A program made the translations under genes and the position numbers. Of a stretch of DNA of 64,000 bases, positions 25,151 to 40,281 are shown in pieces; position 1 is the stretch's first letter; each line of letters opens with the position of its first letter. Below the pieces are notes generated by a model. The model saw only the letters and a program-made list of their open reading frames with translations, was not told the origin of the DNA and searched no databases. This DNA is from Vicugna vicugna (Eukaryota): assembly GCA_013265495.1 (NCBI GenBank), contig MU058198.1, forward strand, positions 4,727,779 to 4,791,778, given 5' to 3'.

Positions 25151-26310
25151 GATGCTTGAAGAACAAGCCATAGATGTAAGAGTGGACTGAATGATTGTGG
25201 TGGCCCATCTCAGCCTTGACATTCTGCTCCCATGTCCCCCACAAAAATCATCCTTCCATTTGGGATTCGGGAGTACTGGAAAGCAAGTTCTCACCCGTCC
25301 AGATGCCTGATTTAGATCTCACTAGGATTGTGCCTTTGAACCTGGATTAAGTCTACGTGTTCAGTAAACTCTCCTCTTTGGTCTACTGTGCTCATCTCTA
25401 TTCCAGTCCGCTGCTCTCCTGACACGGGCAGTTAAAGAAGAGAATTTAGTGCACACAGCAAATATTTCCCACCTCTCAATGGCAGGCAGAGCAAACTCTG
25501 CAACTCGAGCTGGAAATATTTTAAAAAAAATTCGTGGGAGGGTCTTTGAGTTTGAATTAACATAATTACAAAATTTACAAGCATCCTGTGTGTTTTTTAT
25601 AAGGCTTCTATGACAGATGTGTCAACTGTCTAGTTTTGAAAGGACTTCATAATTCAGTTACAGTTTCCTCTGGGTTAAACAGCAGAGGCTGAGGAGAGGC
25701 CTGGGAGGAGCAAGAGTAACACGTTCCTTGCCATGCCATCCGAATGCAGGATGAATGCAGTCTGCATGAAAGGCTGCCCGATTTTCTTTTCTCTTTATGT
25801 TGAGTCATACCCCCTGACCAGGGTGAGGAACCCTCCCCTTCCTTAAAGGTTGAAACTGACTTCCAACTTCTCTCTCGAGCACATTTGGGTTTCTAACTGG
25901 CCTAGTTTCCATTTCAATGTGAGGGGTGGAAGAGATGGAGGGTACTAAAATTTATTCCTGGGTGACTCCGTGGTGATCAAATCGGGAGCTCTGATTTGAT
26001 AGCTGATGTCAAAGCACAAATTTAGTGTCATTTGTGCTTTCGTTCCTTTTTTAGGCATATTCCTTTGGTTTCTAAAGTCAAAAGAATCTATGGTTCATTC
26101 TTTTTTTTTTTTTTAATATGGTTCCTTCTTGGTTACTCCCTCTGCCCTACTTCCTTCCCTAGCTATCATTTAGTCATCAAGTTCTATCAGCTTACCTCTA
26201 AATGTTTCTTATATCCATCCATTTCTCTCCATCCTCACTATGGCTGCCTTGATTATGGCTGCCATATTATTCTTTCACCATGGTCCAAAATCTTGAATAA
26301 GGCCTGTAAA

Positions 26311-26422
26311 TAAGGTGACCAATTCATCTAGGTTAGCCTGAGACTGTCCCAGTTTTAAAACAGGAAGTCCCACATCTCAGGACCCTTCAGTCCTAGCCAA
26401 ACTGGGACTGTCAATCACCCTG
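26311..26422 (+). mobile_element. MER81/MER94-like hAT-Blackjack MITE inside L2 (~26140-26880)
   Basis: Termini taaggtgacc / caatcaccctg; internal 'gactgtcccagtttt..gaagtcccacatctcagg..aaactgggac'. Confidence 0.7.
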
Positions 26423-29400
26423 CCTCGAAGTCTTTGCGACTCTCTGCTTTCTTTGTTCATTCCAGCCTCCAGACCTGACCTTCTTCTAGTTGCTTGAACT
26501 TGACCATGTTCTTTCCTACCTCAAGACCTTTACACAGGCTGGTTTTCCTCCTGGATTGCTTCTCCAGTCACTTTCTGCCCGATTAACTCATTCTCTGTCA
26601 CCAGACATTGGCTTCAATGTCACAACTTCAAGAAGCCTTCCATGATCCAGCACCCAGCCCCATGTTAATTATTGACCTTGCCGTAACCTCTCCTTGTACT
26701 CTTTGCTTTTCCTTCATACCACTTGCAGTCTGTAGCTATATTTTATCTGATGATTATATGTTCAAAGAAGCACTTCTTCATTCAAAATTCAGCTCCTCAA
26801 AGGCAGAGGACATATCTCTTAATACAGCTGTTTTGTATCCAATACCTGGTCCAAGACCTGGCAAGTATTAAGCACTCTATGAACAGATCTTCAGTAAAGT
26901 TACTTTCTATGTCATTTCCATTTCCCCTTGATGAAACTTGCAAGACCTTTGTCTATTTCCCGCTCCTTCCATCCCATCTTCCTTCCCTTCCTGTCTTTTG
27001 CCCTCTTGCCTCTTCTGCTCTTTCTTTCGTCAAAACAACTCTTGGAATTCATTGTTAATTCTACTGTTTTCCTTCAAACCAACAATTTTCTGCTTTTATC
27101 AATATTATTTCCTTCACCCAATTTTTCTTAGGTGTACCCTCTATTTTATGTTTTGAGCTCCGAGGCCCATTTGCCACCACTCTCTTCCTGCCCCTTGATT
27201 TAGCTACAGCGAGCCGGCGCTGTTCTTGAAGAGGCTGAGCTGTTTACACTTCGTCACTCTTGCCGCTCATGTCTTCTCTGTGTGACATGCCCTTCAGTTA
27301 CTAATCTAACAAATGTATAATGGCTACCTCCCCACCTTGTCTACTGAACTACGAATTCTTCAAGACCTGGCTCAGCTGTTTCCTGCCCATAATGCTTTTC
27401 TGCTTCTGCCCTCAAAGAGTTAATCCATTTCTTTGTGCCACGATCGTACCTCGAGTCGACATCCATTATGGCACTTAGGCTGCATTATGATTTATACCCC
27501 CACCTTCCCCACTGACCTCTGAGCTCCATAATGACCGTGTCTGACCTCTGTGTCTATTTTGGGGGAGACTTAGAAGCTAGAGGAAAGGGGCATACGTAAC
27601 TAGCATGGCTCTCTTGACAGTCTCAGCCCCCTACTAAACAAAGAGATCCTCTGAAAAAGAAAGTAGGATAAGTCAGTCAGAAAATGGTCTAGGAGACGAG
27701 GGGATAAGGGAAAAAAAAAAAAAACACTGGGTCATAGACCATGGACATTTTCAGCATTATTAGATAATGCCAAAGGAAATTTCTTTGTTTGAGATGAGAA
27801 GGAAAATACAAACATAAATTTGAGGTAGAGGAGATTTTGAGAAAGCTCACATGGCATGGACTTTGGTCCCCACAAAACCTAGGGGGTTTTTGCAGAGTTT
27901 GGTGGTAGGAACGGACTATGTCCCTTGATCAGAGTGGACTCAGTTTGAGGTCCTTTATGAATACATTATGTAGTCAACCAGGGAGACATCAAGGATTTTA
28001 GAGCCATCAAAGGACCTAGCAGATAAAGAGCAAATAACTCTTGTGATTTTACCAAGTGTTAGCTGACATTCTAGATTTTGAGGGGGTTAGCGAGTGGCAC
28101 AGCTGAGAACGGGCAGGCAGGGGTAATGGAAGTTCATGGAGGCAAGGACATCAAGGAGGCTCATGAGAACCAGGGAAGTGGCTGACTTCTGGGCTGAAAC
28201 AAGTGAGACCAGTGAGTTTTGAGATTGGAGCACCTGTGCTAGACAGACAGCAGGTTCCAGGGGAAAAACAGAGATGAAGAGGTGGAAGGAGAAGTTACCG
28301 TGGCCGGTGGGGAGGATTTCAGATTCACACTAGATGTAGGGTAGGTCAACACCGGGGTTCTATCTCACTGGACAATGTCACGCGTTTATTCCATTTGAAG
28401 GAAACAATATACACATTGTGAGATATTAAAAGAATAAAACTGGTTAAAAGGTCTATCAAGTCCAATGCCAAGTACTACTCAGGTATCATAACCAACACTG
28501 TTCTTGTTTTCTGGCTGTTGTCAGAACAGCTTCGGGCCCCGGAGCTGCTGTGGTTCACTTGGTGATGGAGCAGATTTCAGAATGATTGTCTTACCTTGCA
28601 GCTGAGCCTTTGCTCAGGGGCAGCAGGGAACGAGGGCCCCCTCGTCTTTCATTGGTGCTATACAGACACGAGCTTTTTGGATCTTATTTGCGGTACCCAG
28701 GGATATGATTCTCTACACATTTTATAGAAATAAAAAGGCAAACAAGAATAAATTTTAAATACAGGGCACTTTAAGCTGCAGATTTGCAGACACACTTTTT
28801 TTTTTCTTCCTTGTTGCACATCTCTCTCCTGTCTGGGAGGAAACACACGGATCATGGTGTTGCTTTCTTTAAAACAAGAGAAAAAAGTCAAAACAGTTCC
28901 TCTCACGTGCTTCGCGTGACGAGAAAAAACCAGCACAAGCTGGTGTAGGGGGAGATCATGGTAGCAGAGCCAAAGCAGAGGATTTTCCCAGTAGGTCCCC
29001 ATCATCGTGCTCTCAGAGGAGGAGAGACTCAGAATAATACAAAGAGCCAAGGTGTGGCCAGGCTCATGAATCACTCAAGTGGTATGAAAGTGATGGGGGG
29101 GGTCACATCCCAAGAGGTGGTCAAGGGATCACAGCCAGAAGCCTATGGATGGTAGTGGCCCAGAGGCTGTTACAGCAAAAGAAGAATGAAGGCGGCTCAA
29201 AGTATCCGGGTCCAAGACCAAGGTTTGAACCTTCAGCAACTGAGATGGTGATGATGCCGTAAACAGAAAGGAAAGATGCAGAAGGAAGAGCAAACCTATA
29301 CTGTGAAGGGATTGGGTGGAATGAGCCTGCTTGGGGCTCTAAAGAGGTGGCTTCTTGAACGGCAGGTGCAGACGTGGGGGAAATCAGAGGGCGGATGGCC

Positions 29401-30526
29401 ATTTTTGACCTTTTTCAAATTCCAATTTAACAGATGTCCAGGCTCCAACCTCTTCCTGAAGATGGAAGATGTCTCCTTAATTGTGCATTTGGACAATCAG
29501 TTTCTAAGGCAGCCATCCTGGTGGCAGAAATGGATGGACTATAGTAATAACTTGACATCTGCAAGACCTTTGGCCTTGGGTGCCCCCGAATCCATGCTTG
29601 CCCTTTTCCCCCTCCACCTCTGCACTTCCATTAGGAACAGTCACAGTTGTAAAGATTTTAAGTCCCTTCCTGTGAGTTCCTACACCCGTACCAAAAGATG
29701 CCATGTGATCAGCCGGTTCTCCACCATCTACCAACTTCGGCCGGCATCCCAGCGCCATTGTGAGTTGAGTTCATGCCCCCGCTCCACAGATTCACGATGG
29801 TTACGTCTCAGAGACACTTTCAAACAGTCTAACTTTTAAGTACTGAATGTGTAAGTGACAAGGGACTGGTGTTTAAAAATATTTGCATATGAACTCATTC
29901 CTAAACCATTCTGTGGGTCTCCTGCCATTAGTCAGCGTCTCTACAGGCTCTTCAAACATGAATTCATCACATTTTATTAGTTTGTGCTGTTACTGTGGCT
30001 CCCAAGGGGTTACATCTGGGAGAAGATACTTAATTGTGGCTTTGAACTTTGAACTTCCTGGTAAATAAACCCCCTCAAACCCCATCCTTAAGCAAATTAG
30101 TTTCATTTCAGGGAGAGAACAGATCTGGGATTGACTTGTTGGTTCTTAAAGATTAACACAGAGTAGCATTTATATTGAATTTTAGATTAAATGATTTTAC
30201 TAAAGCCTCTAAAAAAATAACCCTTTTTATCAGGTCAGACAAACGGCTTTGCTTCTGAAATGCCAGCGCAGCCTCCGGGGTGAATTGCTCACGTGCAGTG
30301 TCTCTCTCTCTCTCTCTCTCTTTCTTTTTTCCCCCACCTCCACTTCCTAGATGAGAAACTCTTACAGGCTTCAGGCTGGGCGGCTACTGTGTGGCCTGTT
30401 CGGGGATGCAGTTCTCATTTGAGGCTGCCCATGACACTCTCCATCTCTGTTAGAGGTGCAGGGATCAGAGAGAAAAGTTGTTCTTAGTTATGGAAATAGA
30501 TCAACCTCTTAAATAAAGCTTCCTAA

Positions 30527-30750
30527 GTGTCTTAGGTCAGGATTCCTAGAGGCAGGGCCCGAGATGGTGATCCCAGTGGAAATGAATTACTGGCGAAGTG
30601 CTCTCTGCAGAGAGGGTGTGAGGGTAGCTGGAAAAAACAGGAGAGGAAAACTAAGCAAAGCTGAGGTCTCAGCTAGAAACTAACCGATACCCCGCCTGAT
30701 GCCCTGGAAAGCTTGGAACAGTAACAGTTGTACCACTGGCTGCCCGCTGT
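30527..30750. mobile_element. LTR16-like ERVL LTR fragment
   Basis: 'tgtcttaggtcaggattcctagaggcagggcccgagatgg..gaagtgctct' resembles the LTR16 terminus. Confidence 0.6.
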
Positions 30751-32019
30751 GGCCAGGAGTAACTTCCTAGGCAAGACATCTCCATTTTAACAACGAATAC
30801 TCACAGCAGCTGTGGGATGAGTGCACAGCAGCGTCCACTTCACTTGGGGAGGGAAGACGAAAAAAATCAGGGGAGGCCTCTCTGAGCAAACGGCTTATAA
30901 GCTGAGACCAGCAGGGTGAGGACCAGTCAGGACCTGTAAGCGACCTGGAGGGGGAGGGGCAGGGAGAACGGTGTCTCAGGCAAAGGAGAGAGCACAGACC
31001 GTGGCCCTGAGGCAGAGAAGAGAATGTTGGCTTCCTTTTCTCTTTGTTCAAAGATGCTCTGGCCTCCTGATTCTGAGTTTAAGAGAATGAGTAGAGTTCC
31101 CATAAGGCAACAGCAGGACAGGCAAATATTTCTGTACTCTGCAGTTCTGCAAAGGACCCAACAGATTTGTGGGAGAGAATATTATGAGAGTGTCCTGGGT
31201 TCTGAAGATAGCTAATATCACCTGTTGAGTACTTGAATCTCTGTACGAAAGTGTATTTATTGACTTTAGGGAGATGAATTAAGCTTTCTGTGCCTGGGAA
31301 CTTTACAAATGCCGACCAAGGTCAAGCTCTTGGTTTGCAAGGGCGAAAGGTATGCTGTTCTCAATGAGGGCGACATGGTCCATCTCTCCCAGGTGTGCCA
31401 TCTCCTATTGACTTATGGCGCCCCCACATCACTGAAGATGGATAAATAGATGATTTATAGGAAGGAAATAGGAAGGAAACTATGGAGTTAAAATACATTT
31501 TTTGGCATATGAATTCTGACATATCAAAAGCAATGCCTCCCTAGGAAATGGAACACCTGAAGGGTCTAGTGAAATTTGAGGCACAGGGAAGAGTTAACCC
31601 TTGTGTCTCCTCAGTGTCCCAGCATGAGGTAGTTTGATAAGCTATAGTCAACTCAGCTGGAACCAAGCAAGGCAGGTGTCTGCAAGGATAACCAGTAGGG
31701 GAGATGCCCCTTAATTCTCTTTGCAGGTAAGAGATGCCAATAAACATTTATTGGGTAGTGAGTAAGTATCCTATTGAGTTCTCTCCTCTTACCAGCCACT
31801 CTAAAGACAAGCTGTAAAGAGAAGAAACAAAGAGAGAAAGATAGGATTAAAAAAGGAGGATAATAGATTAAGATGAGCTTAGAGATACAAATTTAATAAG
31901 AGGATTTCAATAAAAGGCTGAATTGAGGACTGACATATACCAAGGTCCTTAAAAGTGTGAAAACAGAACAGGACCAAACAAAACACCAACAACCCTGTGT
32001 TTTAAAAAGATTTAATCCA

Positions 32020-32180
32020 AACAACCAGGTCCTACTGTATAGCACAGAAAGCTATGGTCAGTACCTTGTAATAACCTATAATGGAAAGGAATCTGAAAAA
32101 AAGTAAGTATGTATATTTTGTACACTTTGCTGTACACCAGAAACCAACACAACATGGTAAATCAACTACACTTGAAAAAA
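32020..32180 (+). mobile_element. 5'-truncated lineage L1 3' end with poly(A) and TSD
   Basis: 'aggtcctactgtatagcacag..cactttgctgtacaccagaaac..gtaaatcaacta' plus A-tail. TSD AAAAAGATTTAATCCA (32004-32019) / AAAAAGAATTAATCCA (32181-32196). Confidence 0.88.
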
Positions 32181-32419
32181 AAAAAGAATTAATCCATAAT
32201 AATGTTAGAAAACTAGAAAGGCAGGCAGCTGGAGGACTATTTGAAGAAATCCTAGAGGACAGACAGCAGATGGATCTGATTGATGAAAATAGATCATAGG
32301 AAGTTGTAGCCCCAAATGCTGGAGGGAAGGGGGGGTCCTTCCCACAGGAGTCTTTTAAAAGCTCCAAGTCCTGGAGCTTTTAAACAGACCCAAGTCCTGG
32401 TCTGTTTCCCTGACTTTAT

Positions 32420-33410
32420 ATCCTTCCACTCAGTCTCTTCTTTGCTCACTATATCACTGCCTTGTTGACCTTGTATATGTCCCTTCACATTTGAAGTATG
32501 TTCCTACCACAGTGCCTTTGCACTTGCTGTTTACTTTATCTAGAGCAGTCTATCTCTAGACCTTCATATGGTTGGCTCTTCTTTGTCTTTCAGATCTTGG
32601 CCCACAGTTCAGCTACTCAAAGAATTCTTCTCTGACCACAATCTCAAAATTTGATCCCACCCCTAGCCCATCATTGTGTCCCATTACCTTCTTTCCTTTC
32701 CTTCACAATGTGTATTACTCTCTGAAATTACCTCCCTCATTTATTTCTTCGTTTATCACCATGTGAGGGCACAGGTCTTACCTACTTAATCTTGTGTTCA
32801 CAGTGCCTAGAACATTAATACAGTTTGGTGCTTGTATCAGTTAGCTTTTGCAGTGTAACAATCTACTCCAAAATGCAATGGCTTCAAACAAGTCTTTGTT
32901 CAGTTCATGATTTGGATCAGCTAGGCAGTTCTTCTTATCTGTGTGAGCTCAACTTGTCTCTGCTGGGCTCTTTCAAGCACCCATGGTCAGCCGTGGGTTG
33001 GCTGATGGTTGGATAATCAAGGGCTTATCTTTTTTCACATGCTTAGTGTCTAACAGGCCACTGATCAGAGCAATGGAGGTAAAAGGGCCACATGCCTTGT
33101 CTCATCCTCCCAGGCACCTTCTTAGGGCTGTTGCTTTTGCTATCTCAGAATGCATATGCAAAAGAATGTATTTTTAACTCTCTGGTCTTTCATCTATCTT
33201 CTTTACAAGAGCATCAAGACAGAACAAGCCCCAGTGTGCAAAAGATTTTCAAGTCTCTCAGGTCACAGAACAAAGCAAGCCACATGGCCAAGCCCAGATT
33301 CAAGGCAATGGAGAAACTGACCCCAACTCTTTCCAGGAGGAGTTCCAAAGTCACACTGCAGAGGTGCATAGAGACAGGGACGGGCAGAATCTGTAGAATC
33401 TTTGCACTCT
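32420..33410. mobile_element. L2 3' fragment (~32420-32820) followed by an MLT1-type LTR (~32833-33410, minus)
   Basis: 'gcctttgcacttgctgtt' (L2); 'tgtatcagttagcttttgcagtgtaacaa' and 'caaagcaagccacatggccaagcccaga' (MLT1). Confidence 0.7.
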
Positions 33411-34439
33411 TGTCATACTATTCAGTAAATCTATGCTGAATACATTTGATTTAAAGAACTGAAGTCTGAGCTAGTCGGACCCTGTCTCTCTTCCATGACC
33501 TCCCCTCAAATATACACAGCAGATAACTTTTTACCCCTACTTAAAAATCCAGCCTGTGTGCTATAAAGAAAGTGACCTGCCTACATGGAGATGCCTTTTT
33601 ATTTGAGTGTAAGACGTTGAATGGGAAGCAAAGCAGACTATGAGGAAACTCTGGAACACACAGCAGGCACCTAATGAAAAAAGAGTGGCAAGGCAGCCTG
33701 TCTGAAGACGGAACACATCAAAATAATCCACTGCCAAAGTCAAGCCCTCCTTTTTTTGACTCGCAACCCACAGCCTACTGATCTTTTACCCACAACTCTT
33801 AAACGTAGTTTTCCCATTATCACATCCTACCTGCAGAGTCATCCAGGGAGAAGTTTTTTGGGGAACAGATTTGTACAAATCCAATGGAAACTCTCATTAC
33901 TTACAGCCAGATCTTTCTTCATAAACGTGAACAAACCATCAGGGGTCAACAAACGTGGGAGGAAAAGAAATCACACACATGAGACACAGTAAAATTCAAA
34001 AATAAAATAATTGTGTTTTTAGGAAATAAAGATCATTCAGAAAGCAAAGCAATTTTAAGGCATTAATAAATGACTCCAGTGAGCTTGGAAAGTGGCACCT
34101 ACGTAAGTCGGAACAGACTGCTGCTGCAAAAAGGAACAATTGGAATGGAAATGAGTACCTGGTAATTAAAAATATGTCTGGCACTTAAAAAAAAAATTTC
34201 AGTGGACAGACAGTAAGAGAATGGCTATGTTTAACAACCATGTCGAGGCTCTGATGATAAAATCAGTGGAATCTTGCAGACCTGAGCCAAAGGCAAAATA
34301 ATGGAATGCATGAAGCAGCCTGGATGTCTGCTATTTCTTTTATTGGGGTTCAGGAGACAGAACAGAGGTAATAAAAAGGAGGGAAAATGCAATGTTCTAT
34401 TAGGAGATAATTTCCCCGAGACAAGGCTAGGGCAGTCTC

Positions 34440-34592
34440 TCAGGCCTCTTTTATAAAAGCTCTAATCCCATTCACGAGTGCTCTGCCCTCACGAACTAAT
34501 CACCTCCCAAAGGCCCCACTTCCAAATATCATCACATTGGCTGTGAGGATTTAACATATGAGTTTTAGGGGGACACCACATTGAGACCACAG
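34440..34592 (-). mobile_element. MaLR (MLT1A/MST-like) LTR fragment
   Basis: 'ctaatcccattcacgag..ctaatcacctcccaaaggccccacttccaaatatcatcacattgg..ggggacaccacatt'. Confidence 0.85.
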
Positions 34593-37500
34593 CAGTGGGG
34601 TCACAGAGAATGACATAATTCATTTTGCTTTGGGCATCTGGGTATACTACAAAGAAAAGATGCTTTTTCTGTTCTGCTTCAAAGGATAAATGGGAATTTT
34701 CCACTGAGCTAGGAGAGGCAAGGCATTTTAGGCAGAGGGAACAGTATATGGACAGGAGTAGAAAGGTCTGAAATTACCCAGCATGTTTGGAGAAAGAGAC
34801 TAATAATCTAGTATGGTGAGAGTTTGACACATACGGGAAGACGTGAGTAAATATGAAGTTGAAAAGATAGTTTGATGCCATATTGTAAAGAGCTCATAAG
34901 CTAGCCTGAGAGGCTTTTATACCTTACACTATATACAGTTAGAAACCCTTGAAGGGTTTTATATAGCAGGCTGACATAATCACAACCTACTTAATTCTGA
35001 GCTTTGATAATAGAAATATAGTGCCTTCTGATTAACCATTCCTTGTAGATGTAAAAACTCAAAAGGAGGTGGAGAATTTCAACAGCACTGAGAATTAGGA
35101 ATCTTATACAATGACTTGCTAGAAAACAGGAAGAACATCTATGAGTTAAACCTTTAAAGCTCAGGTATATGGTGGAACTGTTTACTCGAGTATTCAGAGT
35201 CTCTCAACACCCTTACCCAGCATCAGTTGTGATATGCAATCTGCATTTGCAGAGAAGTGAGCTGTGGAGTGGCAGTGGTAAAGGTTGTAGATTTTTAGTC
35301 ATAAATGCAGAAATAGCCCATTCAGAGATAAATTCTAAATATTGTAGAAAGACAATGAGGGAATAATACTGCAATATCCCTCTTTAGGACATCGGACTAT
35401 GACTTTAAAAAATAATTGGCTTTTTAAACTAGAAAGTTTAATAATAGTTGGCTACAGTAAACTAGAAAGTTGGCTAAAGGCTGTACACATCAAATAGCTC
35501 TCCAACATCAGAGCACAAAGGAGGAAGAGATCACATAGCAACTTGATGGGCACTCTGAGGAACTAAGGGGGGATTATACATATACAGCAAATAGGAAAAG
35601 GCTATACATTTCTTGTTCCTTGATAAATAAGCAGAAGTAGAAATAAGAACAACATAGATCTCAGCCATTCATCTGAGACATTTTTTCCCCAAGATTATGT
35701 ACCATGAAGACAGAAATGTTAAGCTCGAGAGTCACAGGAAGGGTCTTTGAAGGAGTGCTATTAGAGGAAACAGAAACATACTTTGGAAAGTATCTTTTGT
35801 GCCTGCGTTCTCAATAAAAAAATCAGGAAATTGTTTGCTCTATGAATCAAGAAACAACAACAACAAAAAAATCATACGACAAGTTGAGAGACTGAGATGA
35901 AAAGGGAGATTGAGCATAACAAATAGAAACTGATAAAAATAGGTAAAAAGGAAACATTTGAAAAGGATAAAATTTCTCTGGAGATTAAATGCAGCTTAGA
36001 AACAATTTTTTAAAAAGAATGTATACTCCTGGGAATTAAATCAATAATGCTGAAGCCGTTCTTGAGAAATTGTCTCAGAAAGAAAGGCATAAAGAAAAAG
36101 AGATAAAACAATGTGTGAGAAGATTCCAGAGACGAAAGAGCTTCCCATAATAAAAATGACTGCTGTATCTGATGGAGAGGATAGAGAAAATGGGAAAAAA
36201 TAATATTTAAAGGTATGTCAGGAAAACTTTCCAGAACTTAAGAAGGGCCCCAGTCATCAAAAAGTTACATCCTACATTAGGAAAAAGTAATGAGAAAAAA
36301 ATATTACCATAATGCATATTGAGAAAGTTCTTGAATTTAAAGAATCAAAAAGATTTCTTGGTATCTAGGAAGAAAGAGGGAAAACAAAGGTCGTATTTGC
36401 ATTATCTGCTCATCTGAAATTCTGGAATACAATGAAGTATTGTGTGTAGATTAGAAATGAGGGGCAAATTTTTGTGAGATAAGCATTCTATAGCCAGACA
36501 ATCTCTCATTCACTGTGAAGACAAAAAGAAAATAAAAAGGTTTATACTAATGTGCAAGGACTCAGAAAATACACTAGTCCATTTAGCAATAATACCATAA
36601 ACAGAGTTGAAAGATGAGTCAGACTCAGAAAAAATATTAGCAACACAGAAAGTAGACACATGATTAATATCAATACTGAGAAAGGACCTCCAAAACCCAA
36701 TCAATAAACAGGCAAAGGGTATGAATAAACTATTTACTGAGAAATAAATATAGATGACCTATATACAAAGATGTTAGAATTCATTAAAAAAATGAAATTG
36801 ACAGTAGAATACCATCTTCAACCATCATATTGAGAAAATAATGCTGATAATTTTATGTGTTGGAAAAGAATGTGAAAAAAGTTACTGAAAAAAAACTTTG
36901 GGAGAGTTTTCAGTGTCTGAAAGATAATGACAGCTCCCTGAATCTAAATCTTTCCATAATCATCAATCAGCTCCCTCCAAATCATGTAATTAACAAGGAG
37001 AACAGACAGAACTACATACAACCAAACTTTCAGCATTACAAGATAAAGACTACCATAACCTTCAAGTTGTGTGTGGGTTCATAAGTAAACATCAAATTCC
37101 AACCCAACTCCCACCACTACTGAACGCCTTTGAGAGAGTGGAGGATTAGAAGGTTTTAGAGACTTCCTGAAAAGGAGGAGAGGGTCATGTAGGAATCAGA
37201 TGAAACACAGATAAAACCACCCCCCTAAAATAGGTCCAACACTGAATGCTAAACGTCTCAGAGTTGGTAGCTCTCAGCATTGGCCATAAGCAAGCAGCTT
37301 GAACGTGAAAGGTTCTGGAGGTGTCAGCTTGAAGAAGCATTGCTTCCATGGGAAATCAGAAACTTGGAAAAGAGGTCATGCTTCTTAGAAGTGAGGCAAT
37401 GAAGGGGACAGGAAATAAGCACACTAGAAAGGAATATTAAGGATCTTGCATAAATAAAAGGAAAACAATATACATTTCTCACTTCCCAATAATATTATCT

Positions 37501-38399
37501 GTTAAAGAATCTGCACTTCATTATACTGACAGAAGTGAGCACATGGAACTTGGAATTGTAGCCAAAAAATATCTAGGAACAGAAAAAAAATTTCCCTAAA
37601 AAGTTGCTATAAGAAGAAAACAGAGAAAGTGAATCATAACATCTCAGCTGATAAGCATTTTCTCCTCTGCTCCTCTGAAAACATGAAGGAGAAAAACTAT
37701 AGCAAACACTCCACATTTAATTATTGTAAACTAGCATTTGAAAAATGTTAAAAAAAAAAACCCTAGAATTAGAAATCTAAATACTATGAACAGAAATGGA
37801 CATAGCATAGAAAGAAATGAAGTGAGATTTGATCCAATTTAAGAAAAATACTGAGGAAAAATACAAAAGCATCTCAAGAAATGAAGACTAAGATAGAAGG
37901 TGTCTTTTGACTGTGCAACTGTAATAAAATCATTGAAGAAAAGGCATTAAAACCACCAAATGGTTGAAATGGAAGATAGGCAAAGAAGGTCCAAGATACA
38001 TACAACTGGAGATTCTGGGGTTTGGGTATGGAGTAGGAAAAAAACCCAAAACAATTGAATAGAACTAGTATTTAAAACTGTAATTCAAGAAAACTTCCTG
38101 AAAACTTTTGAAAACTTAAATATTCATTTTGAAGGGGACCACAATGTTCCTGGGAAAACTGACCTGGAACAATCAATTCTAAGCGTTATCCTAGTAAAAC
38201 GGTTAAAATTCAAAGACAAAGACAAAGTCCTCTGGGCTTCCAGACAGAAAATGAAAATCAAGTTTTATTTATAAAAATAAGGAAATTAGGCTGGTGTCAA
38301 ACTTTTTGAAAGCAACAAACAATTCAAGGGAACAAGGCACAGTGCTGAACAAAGATTTTATATCCAGCAAGCTGTCCTTCATGTATCTAGGCTGTAGGG

Positions 38400-38622
38400 T
38401 AATAGTTCTCAGCTGAGGCAGTTTCTCCCCCAGCCCCACAGGACAGTTCTGCAATGTCTGAAGACCTTTTCTGTTGTCATGACTGGGGGATAAAGGGCTA
38501 CTGACATCTAGTAGTTAATGGTCAGGAAAGTTAATAAACTTCCTACTATGTGCAGAACAGTCCTATATAACAAAGACTTACCCAGCCCAAAATGGTAATA
38601 GTTCTGAGGCTGAGAAGCCCTG
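38400..38622 (+). mobile_element. MER20 (hAT-Charlie) inserted in L1
   Basis: 'atagttctcagctgaggcagttt..gcaatgtctgaagacctttt..ctactgacatctagt..cccagcccaaaatg..gaggctgagaagccctg'. Confidence 0.85.
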
Positions 38623-40254
38623 CTATAAAAGGAGTTTTGAACATGCAAGAATCCAGGGAATACGACACACTTGTGACTATCCTGGAGAATCTATTTGAAC
38701 ATGAACTTTCAGGCAAGAGATAACTGGGAAAGGGCTAATGGTGACCATTTAATATTTTTAATTATATTTAATAAGTATATTTAATATGTTTAAATGTAAA
38801 TGTATCACATTTAAATGTAGTAATGTATAATTATATTTAATTGTAAAAAGACTAAAACAAGGGAGGGAACATGTGTGAAAGAATAGTATATAGATGTTAT
38901 ACATTCTGATAATGTAGATATTGCAACTAAGGATGCTAAGGTTCTACATATTCAAAAATAAAATTCAATCATCATAATGGAACAAAAACAAAGCCTAAAT
39001 TGAATGCAAAAAAGAGACAAATGAACCCATTTGTTTTGCAAATTTAAGACAATCAGCTGGAGGGGAAAATAGTGATGCAAGAAACTTTAGCACAGTGTGT
39101 TTCCTATATACTATCAGTCTAGGGAACAAAAAACTGCAGGTTAATCTCAAACATTCATTAGTAGATATGTTTTTCATAGCATACAGGTGTAGCAGCTCTG
39201 AAACGCTTTTCTGTGTGATAAAGGGTTGTGCAAATGAGTGTGTATTCATGTTTTGGGAGCCAGGGTTCTCACTGGAGAGTAGGGGAAAGCCAGGAAGGAC
39301 TTTGTGGGGTTAGATTGGAACTTGAGGGAATATCAGTATCAACTCATAGTTTCCAGTATACAAATATAAATATTTCATAGCTCTGTCAACTGAAAAGACC
39401 CAAAAGCAATGACATCTCAGTGACAATGAACAAATCCAGAGCCCAGATTTCAGTTTCTAGTCCTCACCGAAGAAGACCACGGATCCCTGGAGAAAGTACC
39501 AATTCTAGGGCTGTGGAACAGCCAAGAGCCTGGAACATCTTGTTGTGCCAAGAGATAAGCAAGTACTGAAAAAAATGTATGCGGACTTCTCAAAAGGACA
39601 TGTGAACCTGAAGGGGATCCCACTGGACAGATCTGGGGAAAACTGGGTACCAAAATGAGTAAGGATTTAAATGTATTATAACCCACTGAATAAAATAGTA
39701 ATCCATTAGTCTACACTGCGAGTAAATGGATAAGTAAATGAATGGGTGGATAGGCAGACAGAAACATAGATAAACAGCAAGGTAGGTAGGTAGGTAGATA
39801 AAAAGAAAATATTCTTCCATCAGTAAAATGCCAGTTGATAAAGGTGGAGGAAGTGGTAAAGGGATACAGTCACTAGTTTTGAAATCATTATATTAAAGAC
39901 TTGTTCAGATAATAATTGGGAGTGGATAGTATATCTAGGCCATAAAATTCTGATGAAGAATAGGATATTAGCATTCTCTGAAAGTGTCTCCCTTCAAATA
40001 ATTTATTAGTTACAGGTGGATGATGGTAGTTATACAGCAAAACTAGACAACACTTTTATCAGCTGAGAAAAATTTAAATCACCACCGAGGGAGAAGATGG
40101 CCATCAGTTTGCTTCCAGGTGTAAACTTCTGAAAACACAGCATGACTTAGACTTAAAGTAGAATGTGAATCTCATCATGAGGAAACACCAGACCAACCAA
40201 ATTGAGGGACATTCTATAAAATTACCTGCCATGTTTTAAAAACATCTATGTCAG

Positions 40255-40281
40255 AAAAAAAAAAAAAAAAAAAAAAAAAAA
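40255..40281. repeat. Poly(A) run (27 nt)
   Basis: Uninterrupted A tract. Confidence 0.95.

Noticed and set aside
29276..29839. 187-aa ORF in non-repetitive DNA
   Set aside because: No recognisable domain, splice structure or promoter context; compatible with chance. A BLASTP or PhyloCSF search would settle it.
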